This document shows, piece by piece, positions 22,007 to 31,103 of a stretch of DNA of 64,000 nucleotides. Positions within the stretch are counted from its first letter, which is position 1, and the number at the start of each line of letters is the position of its first letter. Source of the DNA: Rhodobacterales bacterium (GTDB taxonomy: Bacteria; Pseudomonadota; Alphaproteobacteria; Rhodobacterales; CAZPXZ01); contig OZ244777.1 in assembly GCA_965219495.1 (NCBI GenBank), forward strand, positions 1,398,419 through 1,462,418. The letters are read 5' to 3'. The notes beneath the pieces are model-generated. The model was not told the origin of the DNA, did no database searches, and saw nothing but the letters and a program-made list of their open reading frames with translations. The position numbers were made by a program, and so were the translations under genes.

Positions 22007-22491
22007 TTCTCGCCTCCCACGGCCCGCAGGCCGGCAGCGGCGTCCGCCACCGCCTCGAAAATTTTGGTGTATCCGGTACAGCGGCACAAATTACCGCTGA
22101 GGCCGACGCGAATGTCCTCCTCGCTCGGGGTCGGGTTCTCATCGAGGATCGCCTTTGCAGCGATGATGAATCCGGGCGTGCAGTAACCGCATTGGGCGGC
22201 GCCGCTTTCCGCAAATGTCTTCTGCAGGGGATGCTGCTCGGCGCTGTCACCCAGGCCGGAAACCGTGGTGATCTCCTTGCCCCCTGCCGTCCACGCTAGA
22301 GTCAGGCAGCTGTCCACGGCAACCCCGTCGAGCAACACGGCGCAGGCGCCGCAATCTCCCTTTTCGCACCCGGACTTCACTTCCACGTGGCCGAGTTGCC
22401 TGAGCGCTTCCAGCAAGGTGCGATGCGCCGGAAAGTTCCCTTGCCTCTCTCGCCCATTCACGCGAAGAGCAATCTTTCGATCCGCGAACAT
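22003..22491 (-). CDS. (2Fe-2S)-binding small subunit of molybdenum hydroxylase
   Basis: 162 aa with the cysteine motifs GCEKGDCGACAV and CGYCTPGFI...LCRCTGY. Confidence 0.9.
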   Translation of the reverse strand: MFADRKIALRVNGRERQGNFPAHRTLLEALRQLGHVEVKSGCEKGDCGACAVLLDGVAVDSCLTLAWTAGGKEITTVSGLGDSAEQHPLQKTFAESGAAQCGYCTPGFIIAAKAILDENPTPSEEDIRVGLSGNLCRCTGYTKIFEAVADAAAGLRAVGGEK

Positions 22492-22505
22492 GGTTTCGCC
22501 CTCCC

Positions 22506-23375
22506 CTAACTGACCAGCCGATCCCGGGCTTGCGACACCAGCCTCCTGGTCAAGACCTCGATCATTTGACGGCGATAGTCGGCGGACGCCCGAATATCGC
22601 TGACGGGACTGCAAGCGGCTGCCGCTTCGATAGCGCAATGGTTGACTCGTTCCGGCGTCAACGGCGCGCCGACGAGGATGGCTTCGGCCTTCCTAGCGCG
22701 CAGCACCACGGGCGCGACGGCGCCGAGGGCAATGCGCGCCAAGGCGCACACGCCGTTCTGCACCGATAACGTCACCGCGACACCCGCAATCGTGATCGCA
22801 TCGCCCTTCCGGCGCGCCAGCTTGTAAAAGGCGTTGCTGGAATTCTCCGGCAAGTGGGGCCAGGAAATGCGGACAATCAGTTCGTCGGAGCGGCGAACGT
22901 CTTGCTTGTAATCGAGAAAGTACTCTTCAAGCATCACGGTCCGTGTCCCGGCGGCGCTGGCCAGCGTGATGTCCGCGTCGAGGGAAAGCAGCGGAGGCAC
23001 CAGATCCGCTGCCGGCGAGCCGCACGCGATGTTGCCGGCAACCGTAGCGGTATTCCGCACCATGAGGCCGGCGAATAGACGAGCCGAATCGATCAGCGAA
23101 GGGGCCGTTGCGGCAATTTGCGGTGTGTTCAACAGGTCGCTGACCGTGGTTCGCCCGCCGATCGTGACCCCGTCGTCGCCGAATTGCATGCCCCGCAATT
23201 CGTCGATCGCGCCCAAGTCCACGACGCGTTGCGGACGTTCCCGCCGGGCGCGCATGTCAACGATCAGGTTGGTACCTCCAGCGATGGAGACAACCTGCGA
23301 AGCGTCACTCCCGGAGAGCAGGCCAAGCGCGCCGGCCAGGTCGGTCGGCATCTGCAAGTCAAACGGTGCGTACAT
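22506..23375 (-). CDS. FAD-binding medium subunit of molybdenum hydroxylase (CoxM/XdhB-like)
   Basis: 289 aa with AGGTNLIVDMR, TVAGNIACGSPAADL and a CO-dehydrogenase flavoprotein C-terminal region. It ends in TAG. Confidence 0.85.
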   Translation of the reverse strand: MYAPFDLQMPTDLAGALGLLSGSDASQVVSIAGGTNLIVDMRARRERPQRVVDLGAIDELRGMQFGDDGVTIGGRTTVSDLLNTPQIAATAPSLIDSARLFAGLMVRNTATVAGNIACGSPAADLVPPLLSLDADITLASAAGTRTVMLEEYFLDYKQDVRRSDELIVRISWPHLPENSSNAFYKLARRKGDAITIAGVAVTLSVQNGVCALARIALGAVAPVVLRARKAEAILVGAPLTPERVNHCAIEAAAACSPVSDIRASADYRRQMIEVLTRRLVSQARDRLVS

Positions 23376-23408
23376 GCCCCATTCCCCGATTCGTGCCCAG
23401 AGGACGGC

Positions 23409-24191
23409 TCACACGTCCCAGCCGCCGTCCACGGTTACGTCTTGCCCGGTGATCTGACGGCTGTCTTCACTGGACAGGAACAGCACCGCATTGGCCACGT
23501 CCTGCGGCTCGGTCACCCGCTTCAGGGCCATCTCCTGGACGTATTCGTCGTACACTTCTTCTACCGGCCAGCCGCGCCGGCGGGCCTTTTCCTCGCAAAG
23601 CCGTTGCATGCGGGGCGTTTCGACGATACCGGGGCAGACGGCATTCACATTGATGTTGTGTTTGCCGAGCTCCACTGCAACGGTTCGCGTTATGCCGCGC
23701 ACGGCCCATTTTGATGCACTGTACGCGGTCCGCATGGCATATCCGCGAAGTCCGGCGGTTCCCGCGATATTGATGATTTTCCCGAAATTTTGGGCGATCA
23801 GGGTCGGCGCCACGTGTTTGATCGGAAGAAACGTTCCCCGTTCGTTGGAGATGATTACGTGGTCGAAGTCCGAAGCATCGATATCCTGAACCGGTGTCTC
23901 GATCGGTCCGGTGACTCCCGCGACATTGACCAGAATGTCGATCCGGCCCTCGAAGAAGTCGAGAGCCGCGCCAACCATCCCCTTGACCTGTTCTTCATTC
24001 GTGACATCGCAAGCCACAGCATGGGCGCGCCGGCCGACTGCGCGAACTTGTGTTGCCACCTCTTCCAGCGCCGCCGTATCCCGGGCTGCAAGCACCAGAT
24101 CGGCGCCCTCCCGGGCCAGCGTCATGCTGATCGCGGACCCCATGCCCTTCGCGGCCCCGGTGACAATTGCTCTTCTATCGACCAGTTTCAT
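23409..24191 (-). CDS. SDR family oxidoreductase
   Basis: 260 aa with TGAAKGMGSAI (TGxxxGxG), NVAG and YSASKWAV (YxxxK). ATGA overlap with the hyuB-like stop. Confidence 0.9.
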   Translation of the reverse strand: MKLVDRRAIVTGAAKGMGSAISMTLAREGADLVLAARDTAALEEVATQVRAVGRRAHAVACDVTNEEQVKGMVGAALDFFEGRIDILVNVAGVTGPIETPVQDIDASDFDHVIISNERGTFLPIKHVAPTLIAQNFGKIINIAGTAGLRGYAMRTAYSASKWAVRGITRTVAVELGKHNINVNAVCPGIVETPRMQRLCEEKARRRGWPVEEVYDEYVQEMALKRVTEPQDVANAVLFLSSEDSRQITGQDVTVDGGWDV

Positions 24192-25819
24192 TGCGTTACG
24201 TTCCCTGTTGTATCGGATCTGTCCGATGATTTCTTTCCTTCCGGCGTTCCGTATCCGCCGCCGCCGCAACTCTCGACCAGCACCACGTCGTTCTTTCCAA
24301 GCCGAACGTTCGCCTTGCCCGGCAGTTCGAAAGCGTGGCCCCCCGGCCGGGAAACCGTCACGCGAAACGGCGCGCCTGGCTTCCCGCCCTCCAAACCGTA
24401 AGGCGGCACCACGCGCCGCTCGAACATGGCCGTCACGGACATGTCGTCGCAAAGGACCTGGTATTCGCGGTGCAGCCCCTCGCCGCCTCGCCGGAAACCG
24501 TCGCCCCCTGAATCACCACGCAGACGCTGGCAATTAACCCGGACGGGATACTCGGATTCGATAATCTCGGCCGGAGTATTCATCACATTGGACATGTGCA
24601 CGCGGACGACCGGCATTCCGTTGCGGTCGCGCCTCGCGCCCTCTCCTCCGCCGTGCGTTTCGTAGAGCATCGTCCAAGCGCCGTCGGTTCGACGGCCGCC
24701 GAACAACACCAGGCCGGATGTGGTTGGACCGCCGGCGGACAGGCGTTCCGGAACGGCTTGCCCCAGGGCTTGGAACAGGGCGTCGGCAATTCGTTGCGAC
24801 GTCTCGTGATTGCCTCCGACCACTGGACGCTCCGGACCAGGGTCGAGGAGCGACCCCGGTCGCGTGACGATCCTGAGGGGCCGATAGCAACCGCCGCTTG
24901 GTTGGATATCCGGTCCGAACAATGCCTTGACCACATAGAATACGGACGCGGCGGCGATATAGGGGGTTGTGTTCACCGGCCCCCGCACTGAGTCCGCGGT
25001 CTCGGAGAAGTCGAACGTCGCGCCTCCGTCCCGCACGGAAACCGTCACACGAACGGCGACCGGGCCGCCTCCTGCGGCGTCGTCATCCAGCCAGTCTTCT
25101 CCCGAGTACGTCCCATCGGGAATCGCCACAAGCGCCTCGCGCATTTGGGACTCGGCACGGTCATGGATGGCGGCGATCGCGGAGACCGTAGTTTCCGTGC
25201 CATGTTCGGCGAATACCTCGCGAAGACGTTGCTCCCCGGACCGGGTTGCCGCCATCTGGGCAAGGATATCGCCTTTGCGTTCTTCGGCCCCGCGGACGTT
25301 GGCAAGTATCATGTCGAGCTTCTCGCGATCCGGGCCGTCGACGGAAAACAGCCGGACTGGAGGGATCCGCAAACCCTCCTGCCAGGCATCCGTCGCATTG
25401 GCGACATAGCTGCCGGGAACCGCCCCTCCGATATCGGCCCAGTGCGCCAAGCTGACGGCGAATGCCTGAATCTCGCCGTCCGCGAATACCGGGCGAATGG
25501 CCTTCACATCCGGCAGGTGATTGCCTCCCAATTCCGGGAGGTTGAGAAACCACACATCCCCCGGAGCAAGCCGCTCCGCCGGTACACGCTTCAAGAACTC
25601 CCGAACGGTGAAGCTCAGTACACCCATGTGCATGGGGATGTCCCGTCCCTGGGCGATGAGCGCTCCATCGGCGTCCGTTATCACTGAAGAAAGGTCTCCC
25701 GCTTCCCGCAAGAGCGGGGAACGGGCCGAACGCATGACCACCAGCGACATCTCCTCCGCCGTTGCCGTCAAGGCATTGCGAATGACCTCCAGAGTCACCG
25801 GATCGATGGAATCAGTCAC
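24188..25819 (-). CDS. hydantoinase B/oxoprolinase family protein
   Basis: TDSIDPVTLEVIRNALTATAEEM... is a typical HyuB N-terminus. The GTG start overlaps the TGA of hyuA (GTGA). Confidence 0.85.
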   Translation of the reverse strand: MTDSIDPVTLEVIRNALTATAEEMSLVVMRSARSPLLREAGDLSSVITDADGALIAQGRDIPMHMGVLSFTVREFLKRVPAERLAPGDVWFLNLPELGGNHLPDVKAIRPVFADGEIQAFAVSLAHWADIGGAVPGSYVANATDAWQEGLRIPPVRLFSVDGPDREKLDMILANVRGAEERKGDILAQMAATRSGEQRLREVFAEHGTETTVSAIAAIHDRAESQMREALVAIPDGTYSGEDWLDDDAAGGGPVAVRVTVSVRDGGATFDFSETADSVRGPVNTTPYIAAASVFYVVKALFGPDIQPSGGCYRPLRIVTRPGSLLDPGPERPVVGGNHETSQRIADALFQALGQAVPERLSAGGPTTSGLVLFGGRRTDGAWTMLYETHGGGEGARRDRNGMPVVRVHMSNVMNTPAEIIESEYPVRVNCQRLRGDSGGDGFRRGGEGLHREYQVLCDDMSVTAMFERRVVPPYGLEGGKPGAPFRVTVSRPGGHAFELPGKANVRLGKNDVVLVESCGGGGYGTPEGKKSSDRSDTTGNVTQ

Positions 25820-27831
25820 AATTCGGCTCCGGTCTGGATGTGGAGATGGCCGGTGCGGTCGGCGGTGAGGGCCGCGCCGGGGGGAACCACGACCGTCGAC
25901 CGGGCATCCTCGACCACGGCAGGGCCGGTCAGTCTCTGACCGGCTGGCAATTCGGCGCGGTCGTAACGCGGCGTCGGCACCGGTCCGTCGGAGTCGAATG
26001 TGCAGAGAAGGATCCTGGCCGCATCGGCTCTTCCGGTCGGACAAGGACCCGGACAGGGTTCTTCCCGGGCGCGGGGCGCCGAGACCCGAAGCCGGACGGA
26101 AACCAGTTCCCAGGGTTCTGCCGTTGCGAAACCGTAGAGCGACCGGTGCCGATCGTAAAATGCGCGGCCCAGGAGCGCCGGGTCGCCCAGGGAGGGGTTT
26201 TCGATTTCGACCGTCCCGCTTTGGCCGCGGTATCGAAGCGATGCCACTTCCTCGAAGTCCAACTCGTCCGCTGAACGGCCCGCCGCCGCCAATGGCTCGA
26301 TGAGCCGTTCCCGCAATAACCGGCGTTCCCGATCGAGCCGCTCGCTATCCCACTTGTCCACCGGCATCCGGAGCGTGCGTTGCCGCATATGACTCAACTC
26401 CGCGCCCACGCATCCCAACGCTGAAAACTCCCCGGAGTGGGCCGGTACGATTACTTTGGCGATGGAAAAGGCGCGCGCCAGTTCGACTGCATGCATCGGG
26501 CCGGCGCCGCCATAGGCCAGCAGTGCGCATTGGCGGCCATCAATTCCGAGTTCCACGGTCACCCGGCGAAGCGCCCGCAGCATGGCGGAGTTGGTGACGC
26601 GAGCCACGCCCAAGGCCGTTGCGTCGACGGTCATCCCCATGGATGACGCGAGCTCCGCAATTGCGGATCTTGCGGCGGACGAGTCCAGCCGGATTTCGCC
26701 GCCGATCTTCCGCTCCGGGTCCATGTAGCCGAGAACCAGATTGGCGTCGCAAACCGTTGGCTGGCTACCGCCCCGGCCATAGCAAGCAGGTCCTGGTTCG
26801 GCTCCGGCGCTATCCGGTCCCACTTGGAGCGAGCCGTGATCGAATCGTGCGATTGAACCTCCGCCAGCACCGATGGATTCCACTGCAACCATGGGCTGGC
26901 GCACCGGCCGTCCGCCCAGCGAGCGGTCGCTGGAGATATGCGCCTGACCGTTGAGAATCAGACAGACATCCGTTGTGGTGCCGCCCATGTCGAAGGCGAT
27001 TGCTTTTTCGAGTCCGAGGTCCCGCGCGATGCATCCGGCAGCAGCGACACCGGCTGCCGGTCCCGAGGCGGCGAGGCCGAGTGGAAGGTCCCGCAGCGCT
27101 TCCACGGTCGCCATTCCGCCGGCGGAATGGAACAGATGGAGGCCGACTTCGCGCGGTCTTGCAGCGACGAGGTCATCGAGATAGGCCGCGGCAAGCGGCA
27201 TGACGCTGGCATTCAGCGCTGTTGTTGCTGTTCTCTCGTATTCCCGGGCCTCTGGATTGACCCGATTCGACAGCGTGACAAACGCAAATTCCTTGCGCAA
27301 CCGCTTACCGAGTTCTTCTTCATGCGAAGAATCGGCGTAGGAATGCAGGAGCGACACGGCGACCGCCTTCGCGCCGCTCTCCTTGACGCGCCGAAACGCC
27401 GCTTCCGCGGAGCGCGAATCGAGCTTCTTCAGGACCCTGCCACGGTGGTCGAGGCGTTCGGTCACCTCAAAACGCCGTTCGGACGGCACCAGTGGCGTTA
27501 CCTTGGGCGGCAAATCGAGACGGTAGAGATAGCGCCGGTTCTGGCGACCGATTTCCAGTGTATCGGCAAACCCCCGGGTCGTGATCAGCGCGATGTCGGC
27601 AAGGTCGTTGGCCACGATTGCGTTTGTGACCATGGTGGTGCCGTGAACCAGGTTTTCCACATCCGCCCAAGCGAGATGAACCGCACCCAGCGCCGCAAGC
27701 ACGCCCTCGATCTGGTCGCCTGCGCGAGAGGGAACCTTGGCGGCCCGGGTTTCATTGCGCGTGCGGTTTATCGCAACGACGTCGGTAAAGGTGCCGCCGA
27801 CGTCGATTCCGACCTGCCATTTCCCCGGCAT
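25816..27831 (-). CDS. hydantoinase/oxoprolinase A family protein
   Basis: 671 aa beginning MPGKWQVGIDVGGTFTDVVAI, with internal FDMGGTTTDV. Confidence 0.9.
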   Translation of the reverse strand: MPGKWQVGIDVGGTFTDVVAINRTRNETRAAKVPSRAGDQIEGVLAALGAVHLAWADVENLVHGTTMVTNAIVANDLADIALITTRGFADTLEIGRQNRRYLYRLDLPPKVTPLVPSERRFEVTERLDHRGRVLKKLDSRSAEAAFRRVKESGAKAVAVSLLHSYADSSHEEELGKRLRKEFAFVTLSNRVNPEAREYERTATTALNASVMPLAAAYLDDLVAARPREVGLHLFHSAGGMATVEALRDLPLGLAASGPAAGVAAAGCIARDLGLEKAIAFDMGGTTTDVCLILNGQAHISSDRSLGGRPVRQPMVAVESIGAGGGSIARFDHGSLQVGPDSAGAEPGPACYGRGGSQPTVCDANLVLGYMDPERKIGGEIRLDSSAARSAIAELASSMGMTVDATALGVARVTNSAMLRALRRVTVELGIDGRQCALLAYGGAGPMHAVELARAFSIAKVIVPAHSGEFSALGCVGAELSHMRQRTLRMPVDKWDSERLDRERRLLRERLIEPLAAAGRSADELDFEEVASLRYRGQSGTVEIENPSLGDPALLGRAFYDRHRSLYGFATAEPWELVSVRLRVSAPRAREEPCPGPCPTGRADAARILLCTFDSDGPVPTPRYDRAELPAGQRLTGPAVVEDARSTVVVPPGAALTADRTGHLHIQTGAEL

Positions 27832-27854
27832 GCTGATTCTCCGCCCCCCTTCTG

Positions 27855-29246
27855 TCAGTCCTCCGCCAGCCCTTCCCCCGCAGCATTCCGGTGCGTGTCA
27901 TCCAGCGCACGGCCCAAGCGATCGAACATGTCGTCGACTTGGTTCTTGTCGATGATGAGTGGGGGACACAAGCCGATGGTGTCATTCAACAGCGCGCGAA
28001 CGATCAAGCCGTGTTCGAGCGCCCGGTTCACCGCGAAAGCCCCGACCTTTCTGGCGGAATCGAAGTTCTTTCTGGCAAGCTTGTCGGGTACCAATTCCAC
28101 CGCACCGATCAGGCCCACTCCCCTCGCCTCTCCGACCAGTGGATGATCCGAAAGCGCCCTGAGGCGTTGCTGGAATCTGGGCGCAACCGACCGCACATGG
28201 CCGCCGATGTCGCGCTCTTCGTAAATTCTCTGGCATTCAAGTGCGATTGCGGCGGGAACCGGATGACCGGAATAGGTGAAACCGGTCCCGAAGATTCCAA
28301 ATTCGCGGCTGCCCTCGACAAGGACTTCGTGAATCCGATCCGTCATGATGACAGCGCCAATGGGTTGATAGGCGGCCGAGAGGGCTTTGGCCATGCTCAT
28401 CAGGTCCGGCTTCAAATCGTAAGTATCGGCGCCAAACATCTTGCCGGTGCGATAGAAGCCGCTGATCACCTCGTCAACGATGAAAAGGACGTCATAGCGT
28501 TGCAGTATCGGCTGGATCTTGTCGAAGTAGCCTTTCGGCGGCGGTATGACGCCGCCGGCGCCAAGAAACGGTTCGGCAATGAATGCCGCGATGGTGTCCG
28601 GATCTTCACTGACGATCAGCTCTTCCAGGTTCTCGGCCAGGCGAGCGCCGAAGTCTTCTTCCGTCTCTCCATCCTTGCCGAAGTGGTAATAGTGCGGGCA
28701 GTCCGTATGCAGGATGTTGGCAATCGGAACGTCGAATGCGTTATGGGCGTAGGCGAGCCCGGTCAGACTGGCGGAAGCCAGTGTAACGCCGTGATACGCC
28801 CCCCTGCGGGCGATGATTTTCTTCTTCTCCGGCCGGCCGAGAATATTGTTGTAATACCATACGAGCTTGACTTGGGTGTCATTGGCCTCCGACCCCGAGC
28901 ACGTGAAGAACACCTTTGACATCGGCGCCGGCGCCCGCTCCACCAGGAACTCCGCCAATTCGATGGCGGGCTGCACCGTCTTGTGCGCGAAATTGTGATA
29001 GAATGGCAGGACTTCGAGCAGCCACGTCGCCGCCGCAACCAGGCGCTCCTCGCTGAAACCGAGAGCGGCGCACCACAGTCCCGCCAGCCCCTCGATGTAG
29101 CGCTTGCCGTCCTCGTCATAGACGTAAATGCCCTCGCCCCGAGCAAAGACGTGCGGGCCGCATTTCTTGTGCCAGACAAGATCCGTGAACGGATACAGAT
29201 GGTGGGCGATGTCCCGCGCTTGCGGGGAATTGACTGGCTCGAACAT
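27855..29246 (-). CDS. class III (omega) aminotransferase
   Basis: 463 aa from the ATG at 29246 (AAGGTGA upstream). Motifs are SGSEANDT, DEVISGFYRTG and the lysine region SMAKAL. The longer listed ORF start (29429) adds an atypical extension. Confidence 0.9.
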   Translation of the reverse strand: MFEPVNSPQARDIAHHLYPFTDLVWHKKCGPHVFARGEGIYVYDEDGKRYIEGLAGLWCAALGFSEERLVAAATWLLEVLPFYHNFAHKTVQPAIELAEFLVERAPAPMSKVFFTCSGSEANDTQVKLVWYYNNILGRPEKKKIIARRGAYHGVTLASASLTGLAYAHNAFDVPIANILHTDCPHYYHFGKDGETEEDFGARLAENLEELIVSEDPDTIAAFIAEPFLGAGGVIPPPKGYFDKIQPILQRYDVLFIVDEVISGFYRTGKMFGADTYDLKPDLMSMAKALSAAYQPIGAVIMTDRIHEVLVEGSREFGIFGTGFTYSGHPVPAAIALECQRIYEERDIGGHVRSVAPRFQQRLRALSDHPLVGEARGVGLIGAVELVPDKLARKNFDSARKVGAFAVNRALEHGLIVRALLNDTIGLCPPLIIDKNQVDDMFDRLGRALDDTHRNAAGEGLAED

Positions 29247-29465
29247 TTCACCTTGCCGCCTGCCGCAAACATTATTGCGAAAAACGCCAGAATATTTCAA
29301 TATTTGAAAGATACTGCACGAGCCTGTGCAACCTGTCAAGGGGGCGAATCGCTCCCGGATTCGCGCGTCATGGCGGTGGAACGGGAATCCCACAGGTCTC
29401 GGCGGAACCAACATTAGAACTCCCGACATTCCGGCATAAGAAGTGAATCTTTTCAGGCATTTGAC

Positions 29466-29494
29466 TTGACACCTGCGCGGGGAGTCGGAATAAT
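29466..29494 (+). promoter_or_regulatory. sigma70-like promoter (TTGACA-17 nt-AATAAT)
   Basis: TTGACA at 29466-29471, a 17-nt spacer, then AATAAT at 29489-29494. It points away from the aminotransferase operon towards a 19-codon ORF (29534-29593, GAGGAG upstream) that ends where repeat R1 starts. Confidence 0.4.
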
Positions 29495-29591
29495 TCGGAT
29501 TTAGCTAACCACCCCCGCCGAGGAGTTCCGATCATGCTGCCTGCCCGTCTTGGCTTCATTCCCGACAACGCCATCGTCATCAGCGAGCAGT

Positions 29592-29680
29592 GAGCGTGCT
29601 CACATAGATTGATTTCGGATCGGGTGGATCCGATCAGATTCCGTGCATGAATGTCGATCGGTTCCCCCGGGGTGCTTGCA
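29592..29680 (+). repeat. 89-bp repeat R1 (partner R2 at 33931-34019)
   Basis: Hand alignment gives 4 mismatches in 89 bp, same orientation. It contains CGGATC-GGGTG-GATCCG and GAATGTCGATCGG. Confidence 0.85.
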
Positions 29681-30436
29681 AGACTCCCTGAACGCAAAAG
29701 GAAACCTCCTTTTTTGGCGCCTTCACCACCGGAATTCGACGGGCCTTGATTGCCGTTTGCGGCTTTCCCGCCATCGGGATTGAATGGCGAATAGTGATGG
29801 TGTCATCGCCAACCAGAACCTCTTTGACCAGAAGCTGAACGATTCGTTGCCGTGCCGGAACGGCGATGTTCTCGGCCGAAGAACGCAATCGCGGCAGAAA
29901 GGCTGTCAGGGTTTCCGCGAACCGGAGATAGGTTTCCCGGTCCTGGGCTCGACTCACAACAAATTGCAATGCGGCATGAAGGGTCTTATTTCGTAATGTT
30001 GGGTTCAACATTACGAAATTGTGCCCCGCATGCCCGGGAAGAGCCGGTCATTGGCAACACGAGGGTCGTAAATCCCGTCTCCGTCCGACACCAGGCAGCC
30101 AACCAGGCCGCAATACTCCAGCAGCGTGTGCCAGTCTCGGCCATTGCGCGCAAGCCGGGAAGCCGCCACCGACAGGATCAATCCAACTTCCTTGCGGCAT
30201 ATGGCGGCCGGCAGTCGGTCAAATCCGGGCCGCGTCACGCCGTCCCCGGAACGGCCAAGGTAGTCGTCAACGGTCTCGATCCGCCGCCACCCCAGTTCCC
30301 GCGCACGCTCCATCAGACGGTATTGACGCTGTCGGCTTTCCGGGTGGTTCCGCACCTGGCCCGGCGTGGACTGGCGCACAAACACCCAGGCGGCACGGCT
30401 CAAATGCTCGGAGGTGATCCGGGAATCGTCATTCAT
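29681..30436 (-). pseudogene. large serine recombinase with large internal deletion
   Basis: The N-terminal resolvase domain (30011-30436: AAWVFVRQSTPGQV...ASRLARNGRDWHTLLEYCGLVGCLVSDGDGIYDP...GMRGTIS) is joined directly to a C-terminal tail (LQFVVSRAQDRETYLRFAETL...RQRIVQLLVKEVLVGDDTITIRHSIP). The junction is the palindrome at 29988-30019. Confidence 0.75.
29988..30019. repeat. perfect 14-4-14 palindrome HP3
   Basis: ATTTCGTAATGTTG GGTT CAACATTACGAAAT. The stop of the N-fragment and the start of the C-fragment both lie inside it. Confidence 0.95.
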
Positions 30437-31103
30437 TCTTCCCCCCTCCCTTCGCGCACCACGCCATCGCTTCCGCAATCGCCTCCGCCAAGAGCGCAAC
30501 CAGCCGCATCCGTAGTTCCTCCGTCAACGGCTCCAACGGGTTCTTCTGCGGAAACAACTCCGCCAGCCTCTCCTGTCTTCGTCCTGTCATCTCGTTCTCC
30601 CGCAGCCACTCCCTCCAGCCCGGAAAGAAACGCATTGACAACTTCACGCGCCGCCAGGAGGCTTCGCAACGAAATCCGTGGCGGGTCGCGAACGTCCAGC
30701 GCAGCCATTTCCGCGCGGGCCATCCATTCCGGAAGATAGGCAAGCGCTGCATCCGGTTGCCGGACAATCAGAACACCCTTGCCGCCAACTACCCGACGCG
30801 CAACACATTCTTAAGGATTACGCCGGCTCGTCAGAGCCGAGCTTAATCTTTTTGAACGAAGCCGCGTCCCCCTGGGCGGGGTTTTCACGCTATGTGCAAA
30901 GTGTGGTTGCCTGGAAGCGTTGGCGGACGTTCAGCGGGCTTGTTCTGTGCTTGAAGCGTGCTGGATTCGAAGCGTTTTGAACGACAGTGGGGTTGCGGGA
31001 CGGCGGTTTGCCATCGGGCGGAATGGACGAGGGAACGGCGCGAACAGGACGCGGTTGGCCGGCTCGGTTCGGCGCTGGATTGGCCTTGGTTTGTGCGGCG
31101 TCT

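Noticed and set aside
27855-29429. Extended N-termini in the supplied ORF track: aminotransferase 524 aa, IclR 335 aa, SDR 347 aa, GDH 1682 aa, hydantoinase B 618 aa, L35 106 aa.
   Set aside because: Internal starts give canonical lengths and N-termini. They also coincide with SD sequences or ATGA/GTGA coupling to the upstream stop codon.
30429-30767. 112-aa ORF (or a 53-aa version from the ATG at 30590) just upstream of the serine recombinase remnant.
   Set aside because: I recognise no family motif and the longer form is Trp/Arg-rich. It may be a small accessory gene of the recombinase element, but I cannot support a call.
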